Assembly (NCBI GenBank): GCA_963721335.1
Contig: CAVRIV010000001.1
Span: 373,757 to 405,756, forward strand
Reading direction: 5' to 3'
From: Miltoncostaeaceae bacterium
GTDB lineage: Bacteria; Actinomycetota; Thermoleophilia; Miltoncostaeales; Miltoncostaeaceae
Length of the DNA: 32,000 nt
The position numbers and the translations under genes were made by a program. The notes below the pieces were generated by a model. That model worked only from the letters and a program-made list of their open reading frames with translations. It searched no databases and was not told the DNA's origin. This document shows positions 1-8,102 of this stretch, one piece after another (positions within the stretch are counted from its first letter, which is position 1; each line of letters starts with the position of its first letter).

Positions 1-185
1 CTCTCCGGTCGGGATCCCGGGAGGAGGACCCGGACCGCGACTAGCTCGACGCCGGCCCGTACTGTGGCGGGGTGGCCGACTACTACCTGGTCGAGCGTGC
101 GCGCGGTGCCGCGTGGGATCACTCGCGGCGACGGCGCGATCAGGCCGGGTGGGACGAACACGACGCCTGCCGCCCGCTGACGAGG

Positions 186-210
186 AAAAGCCCCGGCGTG
201 CCGGGGCTTT
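186..210 (-). terminator. GC-rich hairpin, intrinsic-terminator type (usable on both strands), downstream of the tRNA-Thr/tRNA-Met pair
   Basis: AGCCCCGG (189-196) pairs with CCGGGGCT (201-208), with loop CGTG. An A-run lies on the left and a T-run on the right, so the minus-strand reading gives a stem-loop followed by TTTT. Confidence 0.55.
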
Positions 211-216
211 CGTGAA

Positions 217-290
217 TAGCGGAGGAGGGACTCGAACCCCCGACACGCGGATTATGATTCCGCTGCTCTAACCAACTGAGCTACTCCGCC
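217..290 (-). tRNA. tRNA-Met (anticodon CAT). An elongator type is most likely; a tRNA-Ile2 (lysidine) identity cannot be excluded by eye.
   Basis: The reverse complement GGCGGAGTAGCTCAGTTGGTTAGAGCAGCGGAATCATAATCCGCGTGTCGGGGGTTCGAGTCCCTCCTCCGCTA folds as a cloverleaf. It has a 7-bp acceptor stem, a GCTC/GAGC D stem, a GCGGA/TCCGC anticodon stem with loop ATCATAA, and a GGTTCGAGTCC T arm. Confidence 0.9.
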
Positions 291-313
291 CGGGCCGAAG
301 AGGGCGTCGTGAG

Positions 314-386
<73 letters not shown>

Positions 387-522
387 GAGGCCTCGGCCGA
401 GTCTACCGAAGGGCCTCGCGGGGGCGGAAGGCCCCGGCCCGGCCGGGGGCACCTCCGGCCGAGGTGGCCTATCGTGAACGCATCGGCCGGTCCCGGGTCT
501 CCGGGGCCGGCCGTGGTGCGTC

Positions 523-1754
523 ATGGCTCACGACCTCGTCACACATCACACGCGGGCCGACACGGCCCGGGAGCGGCGGCGCCTCTGGCGGACGCAGCGG
601 TTGTTCGCGGCCGCGGTCGCGGCGGCCACCGTGGGCGGGATCTGGCTGTCGGCGATGAGCGCCGGCGCGGCCGGCGCGGCGGCCGCGATCGTCGCCGGGC
701 TGGCCCCGACGGCCGTGGCCACGCCCCTGGCCGCGTGGGCGGCGGGGCGGGTCTCGCGCCGGGCCCTCTTGTGGGGCGCGCCGATGGCCGTCGCGTCGCG
801 GCTCTGGCGTGCGAGGTGGCGTCTCCGGAGGTCGGGGTGGGCGCGGTGGTGGCCTGCGTCGCCGTGGTCGGCGCCGCGCGGGCGGCCTTCGACGGGGCGA
901 CCGCCGACCTGCTGCACCACCTCACCCACCCCGAGCGGCGCATCGACGCCTGCGGGGACCTGACCGCCCGCTTCGGCGTCGGTACGGCGGCGGGCGCGGC
1001 GGGCGCCCTGCTGGTGGGCCTGGTCGCGGGGCCGCACGGGGCGATCGCGCTGGGCGGGCTCCTGGCCGCGGCGGCGTCGCTGGTGGCCGTCCGCCACCAC
1101 CCCGACATCGACCTTCGCCCGCAGCCCGCGCCGCTCTCGCGCACCCTCGCGGCGGCGGTCCGGGTGGTGGCCCACGACCGGCTGCTGCGACGCATCGTCG
1201 TGACCGGAGCCTGGAGCACCGCGGTCGGCGCGGCGCAGGCGGCGGTGCTGATCGTGTGGCTGCGCGACGACGTGGGCCTGCGCGGCGCGCTCGTGCCGGC
1301 CCTCCTGGCGGGCTTCGCGGCAATGCGCATCGGCCGCCCGCTGGTGCTGCGACTCGCGGGGCGCGCCCGGCCGGGGACGGTCCTGACCACGGCCCTCGCC
1401 GTGCAGGCCGCCGCCTCCCTCGCCGCCTACTCGGCGCACGGCTCGCTGGGCGCCGCGAGCGCGTATGCGCTCAGCCTCGCGGCCGGCGCGTCCCTCGGGA
1501 TCCTGGTCAACCGCGCCCTGGCCGCCTCCTCGCCCCCGGACCTGGCGCCGGCCGTGGGCCTGGCCTCGGGCGCCGCCTGGGCGCTCGCCGCCTGCGCGGG
1601 CGCCGCCGTCGGCGCGTGCCTGGCGGCCGGCCTCGGCCTGGCGGAGACGCACCTGGCGCTGGCCGCCCTGGCCATCCTGGGCGCCGCGACGGTCGCCACG
1701 CGGGCGGCCGCGCAGGTGCTGGTCCCCGCCCGCCGGGGCGTGGGCCCGCGCTAG
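523..1754 (+). CDS. MFS-type transporter (EntS-like), interrupted by a -1 frame change near 800
   Basis: Coding bias follows the frame of ATG 523 up to about 805 (MAHDL...LFAAAVAAATVGGIWL...AAWAAGRVSRRALLWGAPMAVAS, i.e. TM1-TM2 plus a basic loop motif). It then follows the frame of ORF 474..1754 from about 801 onward (ALACEVASPEVGVGAVVACVAVVG... with multiple hydrophobic helices). Joined, the product is ~410 aa, the size of a 12-TM MFS protein. Confidence 0.55.
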
Positions 1755-1785
1755 CCGCGGACCAACGCCGAGCCGGGGCCCGGGG

Positions 1786-2034
1786 CTACTCGACCACGCG
1801 CCAGAACCGAGCCTCGAACGGCGCGGGGTCGCGCACGGAGAGCTCGTGATCCACGGCGACCTGCAGGTGGCCGAGGGTCGCCAACCGCTCGAGGACGGCG
1901 AGGAAGAACTCGGGGGTCACGTCCTGCTCGCGGTCCTGGACCCGCTCGTAGAGAACCGACTCCCTCACCGGCTCGCGCGCGGCCCGCAGCAACTCCAGGA
2001 CGAGCCGCTCGACCCCGGGCTTCGCATCATCCAT
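1786..2034 (-). CDS. Small hypothetical protein (82 aa)
   Basis: This is the internal ATG of ORF 1786..2145. The upstream part of that ORF overlaps tRNA-Tyr and is discarded. The product MDDAKPGVERLVLELLRAAREPV... has high GC3, and no family was recognised. Confidence 0.5.
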   Translation of the reverse strand: MDDAKPGVERLVLELLRAAREPVRESVLYERVQDREQDVTPEFFLAVLERLATLGHLQVAVDHELSVRDPAPFEARFWRVVE

Positions 2035-2069
2035 CGCCCCTCCGATCGTCGATGCGGACAACCCGGTGA

Positions 2070-2151
2070 TGGGGGGAGGAGGATTCGAACCTCCGTAGGC
2101 GTAGCCGGCGGTTTTACAGACCGCTCCCTTTGGCCGCTCGGGCATCCCCCC
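2070..2151 (-). tRNA. tRNA-Tyr (anticodon GTA), long variable arm
   Basis: The reverse complement is GGGGGGATGCCCGAGCGGCCAAAGGGAGCGGTCTGTAAAACCGCCGGCTACGCCTACGGAGGTTCGAATCCTCCTCCCCCCA. It has acceptor GGGGGGA/TCCCCCC, anticodon stem GCGGT/ACCGC with loop CTGTAAA, and T arm GGAGG-TTCGAAT-CCTCC. Confidence 0.92.
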
Positions 2152-2215
2152 GGGTCTCGAGCAGGCGGAAGGGTAGCACCGGCGCGCCCGCTTCCCGGAC
2201 CGGTTGCGCGGGGGC

Positions 2216-2941
2216 CTACGCCTCCGCGGCGGAGGGGCCCACGGCGGCGGGCTCGAAGCGATAGCCGACGCCGTAATGGGTCTGGACGAAGGTCATGTCC
2301 GCCCGCGCCGCGGCCAGCTTCTGGCGCACCTTTCGCACGAAGACGTCGACCGACCGGTCGCCCCGCATCATCTCGTAGCCCCACACCTCTCGGTAGACGC
2401 GCTCGCGCGGCACGGGCTTGCCCTCGGCGCGCGCCAGGGCGTAGAGCACCTCGAACTCGCGGGGGGTGAAGCCCACCGGGCGTCCGTCCACGAAGGCCTG
2501 CACCTGCTCGGGGTCGATCAGCAGGCCGGCGACCTCGATCGGCTCCCCGCCGGGCTGGCCGCGGTGCGACTCCACGCGCCGCAGGTGCGCCTGCACGCGG
2601 GCGAGCAGCTCCTTCATCGAGAAGGGCTTGGTCACGTAGTCGTCGGCGCCCATCTCGAGGCCGTGGACCCGGTCGAACTCGCTCGTCCGGGCGCTGCAGA
2701 CGATGACCGGCACCCGCGGGTCCTCGCGGCGGAGCTCCTCGGCGACCCGCCAGCCGTCCACCTGGGGGAGCATCAGGTCGAGGATCACGAGGTCGGGGCG
2801 CTGCTGGCGGAAGAGCCGCAGGCCCTGGCCGCCGTCGCCCGCGCGAAGGGCGCGGTAGCCCGCCCGCTCGAGTGCGTAGGCGATCGAATCGGCGATCGCC
2901 TCGTCGTCCTCCACGATCAGGACGGTCTGGGGCGCCGGCAC
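2216..2941 (-). CDS. OmpR/PhoB-family response regulator (receiver domain plus winged-helix DNA-binding domain)
   Basis: GTG start at 2941. The receiver shows VLIVEDDEAIADSI...DLVILDLMLPQVDG...VIVCSA...GADDYVTKPFSMKELLARV, and the C-terminal trans_reg_C-like part shows LTPREFEVL...VWGYE...RSVDVFVRKVRQKL...VQTHYGVGYRF. Confidence 0.9.
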   Translation of the reverse strand: MPAPQTVLIVEDDEAIADSIAYALERAGYRALRAGDGGQGLRLFRQQRPDLVILDLMLPQVDGWRVAEELRREDPRVPVIVCSARTSEFDRVHGLEMGADDYVTKPFSMKELLARVQAHLRRVESHRGQPGGEPIEVAGLLIDPEQVQAFVDGRPVGFTPREFEVLYALARAEGKPVPRERVYREVWGYEMMRGDRSVDVFVRKVRQKLAAARADMTFVQTHYGVGYRFEPAAVGPSAAEA

Positions 2942-3036
2942 CGGGCCAGTCTAGCCCACCCCTTCGGGGGCGGTCAGCGCCGACCGTGGCGGTATCCTCC
3001 GCCGGTGACGATGGCGGACGCCGAGGGCGAACGGCC

Positions 3037-4495
3037 GTGACAGCTCCGGTCCAGGGGGAGCGCTACCGGCTCGACGAGCTGATCGGCCGCGGCGGGATGG
3101 CGTCCGTGTGGCGGGCGACCGACACCGTGCTGGGGCGCCCCGTGGCGGTCAAGCGGCTGCACCCCGGCCTGATCGCCGACGAGGAGCAGGCCGAGCGCTT
3201 CCGCCGGGAGGCCCTGCTCGTCGCGCGCCTCTCCCACTCGAACCTGGTGCGCCTGCTGGACCGGGGGGAGGACGCCGACGGCCCCTACCTCGTGATGGAG
3301 CTGGTGGACGGCGAGAACCTGAAGAGCCTCGTCCGCCGCGAGGGCGCGCTTCCTCCCGAGGAGGCGGTGCGCATCTGCGTGGAGGTCGGCCGTGCCCTGG
3401 CATACGCCCACGCCCAGGGGGTGGTCCACCGCGACATCAAGGCCCAGAACGTGCTGATCACCCTCGACGGGGGCGTCAAGCTGACCGACTTCGGCATCGC
3501 CCGCCTGATGGAGCCCGGCGGGGAGCCGGGCCTCACGCGCACGGACATGCTCGTGGGGAGCGCGGACTACCTGTCGCCGGAGCAGGCCGACGGCCGCCCG
3601 GTCGACGCGCGCACGGACGTCTACTCGCTCGGAATCGTTCTCTACGAGTGCCTCACCGGCCGCCTGCCGTTCCCGGGCGAGGGCTTCGTGGCGGTCGCCA
3701 TGCGCCACTGCTCCGAGCCGCTGCCCGACCCTCGCGCCCTGGCCCCGGCGGTCCCCGGGTGGCTGGCCGCCACGGCGCAGCGGGCCGCGGCCAAGGACCC
3801 TGCGGACCGTTACCCGGACGCCGCCGCGCTGGTCGCCGCTCTGCTCTCGCACGACGAGCCGGCCACGAGCGGCACGGCGGTGATGCCCGCGCTCGAGGGC
3901 GACACCGAGCGCCACCGCCGGCCGGGCCGCCGCCGGGCGCTGTGGGTGAGCTCCCTCGTCGCCCTGGCCGCGCTGGGCGGGATCGCGGCGATCGTCGTGC
4001 TCGGCCCCGGTGGCGGCGGGGAGGCGGAGCCCGCGCCGGCCGCCGCCGGGCCCCTGACCGTCGCCTCGGTGCGGGACTACGACCCGCTGGGCGACGACCG
4101 TGAGCGGCCGGACCTGCTCCCCCTCGCCACCGACGGCGACCCCTCGACCGCCTGGTACACCGAGAACTACCAGGACACCCCGGAGCTCGGAAACCTCAAG
4201 GAGGGCGTGGGGCTCGCGCTGACCCTGCCGGCGCCCGCCGTGGCCACCGAGATGGTCATCGACTCGCCCACGCCCGGGAGCCCGCTTCCAGGTGCTGGGG
4301 CCCGGAAGCGGGATCGAGCGGGAGACCCTGGCCCAGGGGACGCTGGCCGGCGGCGAGCAGGTCGTCCGCCTGGCGAGAGCCGCGCCGTCGAGCAGCTACG
4401 TGCTGTGGTTCACCTCGCTCGTGCCGGACGACAAGGGCGGCTACTGGGCGGGGGTGGGGCAGGTCCGGCTGCGGGGTGTGCCGAACTCGCAGTGA
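3037..4495 (+). CDS. Hanks-type Ser/Thr protein kinase with one TM helix and an extracellular beta-rich C-terminal domain; a +1 frame change lies near 4276-4279
   Basis: GTG at 3037 is preceded by GAGGG. Kinase motifs are present: GRGGMASVW, VAVKRL, HRDIKAQNVLI, DFGIA, SPEQ. The TM segment is LWVSSLVALAALGGIAAIVVL. After ...VIDSPTPG, coding bias moves to the frame of ORF 4292..4495 (..ARFQVLGPGSGIERETLAQG...YVLWFTSLVPDDKGGYWAGVGQVRL), which stops at TGA 4493-4495. Confidence 0.85.
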
Positions 4496-4496
4496 C

Positions 4497-5438
4497 GTGA
4501 GCACCTGGGACGAGAGCCTGCGTGACCTGGACGAGCGCCTGGCCGCGCAGGGCGGCCGGGGGCGCCGCCTGGGCCCTCGGACCCGGGCGGCCTACGCGAA
4601 GGACGCCCGCCGGGTGGCCGGCTGGCTGTCCGAGCGGGGTCTGCCCGGCCCCGAGGCCGTGACCGCCTCGGCCATCGAGGCGGCGTTCCGCGGGCTGGAG
4701 TGGTCGCCGGCCACGCGCGCCCGCGCGGTGACCGCCCTCCGCGAGTGGCTGGGCCCCCACCATCCCCCCGGGCGCTCGCCGGCGGACCTGGTCGACCGGC
4801 CCCGGGCCTCGCCTCCTCCCGTGCCGCGCCTCTCCCAGGCGGACGCCGCCGCGCTCGTCGAGGGCGTGGGGAGCGGCGGTGCGGAGCCCGCCACCCCGAC
4901 GGTCCGCGCCCTCGCGCTGCGCGACCGGGCGCTCATGGAGGTGCTCTACGGCAGCGGGCTGCGCCGCCAGGAGGCCTGCGACCTGGTGCTCGCCGGGCTC
5001 GACTTCGAGCACGACTCCCTGCGGGTCGTGGGCAAGGGCGGCCGCGCCCGCACCGTGCCGCTCACCGAGCCGGCGGTCGCCGCCCTGCGCGCCTGGCTCG
5101 CCCACGGCCGCCCCCGGCTCGTCTCGGGACGGGTACCCCCGCCGGCGGCGCGGGCGCCCGTGTTCGTGTCCCGCTCCGGCCGCCGGCTCGACGGCTCCAC
5201 GGTCTATCGCGTCGTGGCGAGGGCCCTGCGCGCCTCGGGCCGCGCGGGCGGCCCGCACCTGCTGCGCCACGCGGCCGGCACCCACCTGCTCGAGGGTCCG
5301 GGCGGCGTCGGGGGTGCGCATCTGCGGGTGGTGCAGGAGGTGCTCGGCCATGCCAGCCTCGCCACCACCCAGCGCTACACGGCCGTGACCACGAAGTCGA
5401 TGCAGGCCGCCCTTCGGCGCGGCCATCCACGCGGATGA
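4497..5438 (+). CDS. Tyrosine recombinase, XerC/XerD family (first of a tandem pair)
   Basis: The R-K-HxxR-H-Y set is present: GLRRQEA, GKGGRARTVPL, HLLRHAAGTHLL, LGHASLATTQRYT. GTG 4497 lies one nucleotide after the kinase stop codon (stop ends 4495). An alternative GTG at 4476 would overlap the kinase. Confidence 0.85.
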   Translation: MSTWDESLRDLDERLAAQGGRGRRLGPRTRAAYAKDARRVAGWLSERGLPGPEAVTASAIEAAFRGLEWSPATRARAVTALREWLGPHHPPGRSPADLVDRPRASPPPVPRLSQADAAALVEGVGSGGAEPATPTVRALALRDRALMEVLYGSGLRRQEACDLVLAGLDFEHDSLRVVGKGGRARTVPLTEPAVAALRAWLAHGRPRLVSGRVPPPAARAPVFVSRSGRRLDGSTVYRVVARALRASGRAGGPHLLRHAAGTHLLEGPGGVGGAHLRVVQEVLGHASLATTQRYTAVTTKSMQAALRRGHPRG

Positions 5439-6475
5439 GCGTCGCGGTCGATCCCGAGGGCCTGGCCCACCTGGTGAGCGCCTTCCTCGCCACGCGCGAG
5501 AACGCCAACACCCGCGCCGCCTACGCCCGCGACCTCGCCGCGCTCGCCTCGGCCCTGGGCGCCGAGGCGCCCGGCGCGGGCGGCCCCGGCTTCGGCATCG
5601 AGGACGATCCGTCCGCCCGCGCCGCCGCGCACCAGCTCGCGGGGATCCCCCTCGCCTGGTGGCAGCGGTGGCGCGACGGCCTGCCGGGGCGCCTCACCAC
5701 CCGCCGCCGCCGCGTCGCGGCCGCGCGGGCGTTCTGTCGCTGGTGGGCTCGCGCCTTCGGCCTGGAGAGCCCGGTGCGCGGCCTGCGCCCGCCGGCGGCC
5801 GCGGGCGAGGGCGGGCAGGAGGCCATCGGGCGCGAGGTGGTGGCCCTCTCGCCGGCCGCGGTGCGCCGCATGTGCGAGGTCGCGCTCCGCCCGGGACCGC
5901 TCGGCGCCCGCACGGCGGCGCTGATCGAGGTGCTCTACGGCTGCGGTCTGAGGGCGAGCGAGGCCGCGGGGCTGGACCTCTCGGCATGCCATCTCGACGA
6001 CCCCGACGACCCCTTCCTGCTCGTCGAGGGCAAGGGCGGGCGCCGCCGGGCGGTGGCCGTGCCCCGCGAGGCGCTCGCGAGCCTGCGCGCCTACCTCGCG
6101 GTGGGGCGCCCCGAGCTGCGGGCGCGCGACCGCCATCCCCGCGCCGACCAGTCGCGCCACCGCGACGCCGACGCGGTCTTCCTGAGCACCCGTGGGCGGC
6201 GCCTGGGGCGCGCGGCCGTGTGGCGGATCGTCGTCGACGTCGCCGACCGGGCGGGGCTGCGCGCCGACGGCGCGCGGGTGTTCCCACACGCGCTGCGGCA
6301 CTCGTGCGGCACCCACCTGATCCAGTCGGGGGTGGACATCCGCTACGTCCAGGCCCACCTGGGCCACGCATCGCCGGTGACGACCGAGATCTACACCCAC
6401 GTCACCGCCGCCCACCTGCGCGAGGACTTCGACCGCGCCCACCCCCGGGCGCGCCGCGCGGCATCCTCGTCCTAG
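5435..6475 (+). CDS. Tyrosine recombinase, XerC/XerD family (second of a tandem pair)
   Basis: ATG 5435 overlaps the upstream stop as ATGA. The N-terminus is SAM-like (NTRAAYARDLAAL), and the catalytic motifs GLRASEAAGL, GKGGRRRAVAV, HALRHSCGTHLIQ and LGHASPVTTEIYTHV are present. Confidence 0.85.
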   Translation: MSVAVDPEGLAHLVSAFLATRENANTRAAYARDLAALASALGAEAPGAGGPGFGIEDDPSARAAAHQLAGIPLAWWQRWRDGLPGRLTTRRRRVAAARAFCRWWARAFGLESPVRGLRPPAAAGEGGQEAIGREVVALSPAAVRRMCEVALRPGPLGARTAALIEVLYGCGLRASEAAGLDLSACHLDDPDDPFLLVEGKGGRRRAVAVPREALASLRAYLAVGRPELRARDRHPRADQSRHRDADAVFLSTRGRRLGRAAVWRIVVDVADRAGLRADGARVFPHALRHSCGTHLIQSGVDIRYVQAHLGHASPVTTEIYTHVTAAHLREDFDRAHPRARRAASSS

Positions 6476-6939
6476 CGCCGCCGCCGGGTGAGGCCGCGCC
6501 CCGGGTGCCACGAGTCGATCAGCATGTGGTCCGGCGGGTCGCCCAGCTCCACGACCGACAGCTCGAGGATGTCGGCCCGGAAGAGGTGCGACGGCCCGGC
6601 GGGGACCCTCTCGCCGTTGATGCGCGCGATCACCCCGGGGTCGGTGATCTCCTCGACCCGCCCTGCGATCTTGGCGTCGCCGTGCCACTCGGGGGGGCTC
6701 ACCGAGCCGCTGTGGAGCGCGAAGCGGGGGTCGCGCCGCAGGTCGAGGGCCTTGACGGCGCCCCACATGCTCCCCAGCCAGATATCGCCGTCGATGAACT
6801 CCATCTCGATGCCGCTGATGCGCGGGGAGCCGTCGCGCCGAAGCGTCGCGATCGTCTTGTGGACGAACACGTCGAAGTAGCCGCGCGCTCGCGCGGCGAG
6901 CTCGGGCGCCTCCCCCTCGACCTCGCTCCAACGGGCCAC
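6472..6939 (-). CDS. Pyridoxamine 5'-phosphate oxidase (PPOX)-family flavin/F420-binding protein
   Basis: GTG start. The product reads ...TIATLRRDGSPRISGIEMEFIDGDIWLGSMWGAVKALDLRRDPRFALHSG..., typical of the split-barrel PPOX family as I recall it. Its stop overlaps the Xer2 stop in CTAG. Confidence 0.65.
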   Translation of the reverse strand: MARWSEVEGEAPELAARARGYFDVFVHKTIATLRRDGSPRISGIEMEFIDGDIWLGSMWGAVKALDLRRDPRFALHSGSVSPPEWHGDAKIAGRVEEITDPGVIARINGERVPAGPSHLFRADILELSVVELGDPPDHMLIDSWHPGRGLTRRRR

Positions 6940-6949
6940 GGGGGCGAGG

Positions 6950-8053
6950 CTATCGCGTGACCCGCACGATGACGCTGGCGCGATCGCGCAGGCCGTCCCC
7001 GATCAGGACGGCGCTCACGCGGTAGAGGCCGGGGCGCGTGTCGGTGGGCAGGCGGATCAGGAGGCTGCCCGGGGTGGGGCCGGTGAGCTTGCGGATGGCC
7101 CGCAGCGCGCCGCCGGCGCGCGGGGCCACCGTGACCACGGCGCGGCCGGGCCGGGCGATGGCCAGGCGCACCCGTCCGGTGCCCGCGACCGTCAGCGAGA
7201 GTCCGCCCGGGGCGGGGACGGGGTAGTCGCCGCCGGCCACCGACACGGTGGGCGCCGCCCGGAAGCTGCGGTACTGCTGGGCCCACGCCCGCCCGGCGGC
7301 GGCGTCGCGCAGACCGTAGGCGGCCGGCCCGTTGGCCAGCATCTGCCGCCCGGCCGGGGTCGAGCGCGCCCGCGCCCACAGCTCGTGCTGGCCGATGCCC
7401 CCGTCGACCCCCAGCATCAGCCGCAGCTCGCCGCGGCCGGCCGGCCAGCGAGCGAGCCAGCGGGTGGGATGGGTCGCCATCTCCCGTGGGGGGAAGGCCG
7501 AGAGGTTCCCTCGGTAGGTCAGCAGGTAGGTGGCGCGGCCGCGGCTCATGGCGTTGACCAGACCGGCGAGGGCGGGGTCGAGCGGCCGGCGCGGGTCGGT
7601 GCGTCCCACCCGCTCCACCAGCGCGGGCGAGGCGTAGAAGACCACGCGCTGGGCATCCCCCCCCAGCTGGTCCATCGCCCCCGCCAGCGCGGCGGCGCCC
7701 GCGGGGCTCCAGTGGGACGGCGTGATCTCGTCCACCGCCACCAGGCCGCCGACCGCGGGCTGGCGCCAGCCCGCGCGCAGGCGGGCGGCGATGGCGCCCG
7801 CCCCGAGGCCCGCCAGCTCGCGGCCGCTCACCTTGCCCACCGTGCGCGCGGGCGCCCAGCGCGAGTCCGGGACGATCGGGGCCTGTCGCAGGGTGCCTCC
7901 TCCGACGCCGTCGTGCACCGTCCTCGCGGCCTCGGCGGGCAGGTACAGCAGGGGAGGATCGGCCGCGCTCGCGAGGGCGGGCGTCGTCGCGAGCACTGCG
8001 CCGACCGCGACCATCGTGAGGCGCCGCCGGACGGAGGGGCACATCTTCCGCAC
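6950..8053 (-). CDS. Secreted hypothetical protein (signal peptide; unknown function)
   Basis: The N-terminus M(RK)MCPSVRRRLTMVAVGAVLATTPALASA looks like a Sec signal. GC3 is high throughout. The start may be GTG 8053 or ATG 8044. No family was recognised. Confidence 0.6.
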   Translation of the reverse strand: MRKMCPSVRRRLTMVAVGAVLATTPALASAADPPLLYLPAEAARTVHDGVGGGTLRQAPIVPDSRWAPARTVGKVSGRELAGLGAGAIAARLRAGWRQPAVGGLVAVDEITPSHWSPAGAAALAGAMDQLGGDAQRVVFYASPALVERVGRTDPRRPLDPALAGLVNAMSRGRATYLLTYRGNLSAFPPREMATHPTRWLARWPAGRGELRLMLGVDGGIGQHELWARARSTPAGRQMLANGPAAYGLRDAAAGRAWAQQYRSFRAAPTVSVAGGDYPVPAPGGLSLTVAGTGRVRLAIARPGRAVVTVAPRAGGALRAIRKLTGPTPGSLLIRLPTDTRPGLYRVSAVLIGDGLRDRASVIVRVTR

Positions 8054-8102
8054 GAGCGCGGCATCATCCCAGGAAGGGGCGGGTGTTGCGAACCTCTTGG
8101 GT

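Noticed and set aside
539-1849. Long ORFs 539..1390(-), 546..1652(-), 809..1849(+), 922..1323(-) and 1465..2469(+), overlapping the MFS locus
   Set aside because: Their products are Arg/Pro/Gly-rich low-complexity sequence. Their third positions coincide with first or second positions of the MFS frame. These are typical shadow ORFs of a >70% GC genome.
2035-2145. N-terminal extension of ORF 1786..2145
   Set aside because: The extension is the antisense/sense overlap of tRNA-Tyr (MPERPKGAVCKTAGYAYGGSNPPPP is translated tRNA sequence). The internal ATG at 2034 was used instead.
2204-3040. 278-aa plus-strand ORF antisense to the response regulator
   Set aside because: It is the mirror frame of a gene with unambiguous OmpR-family motifs, and it has no motifs of its own.
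4400-6600. Search for a dif-like AT-rich 28-mer or inverted repeats flanking the tandem recombinases
   Set aside because: Nothing AT-rich or clearly palindromic was visible by eye. An undetected site cannot be ruled out, so no such feature is reported.
4700-6931. ORF 4700..6475 upstream part (591 aa) and ORF 5375..6931(-) (518 aa), plus other long ORFs across the Xer genes
   Set aside because: Only the portion from ATG 5435 has recombinase motifs. The rest is Arg/Pro/Gly shadow overlapping Xer1 in another frame. The minus-strand ORF is antisense to both recombinases.
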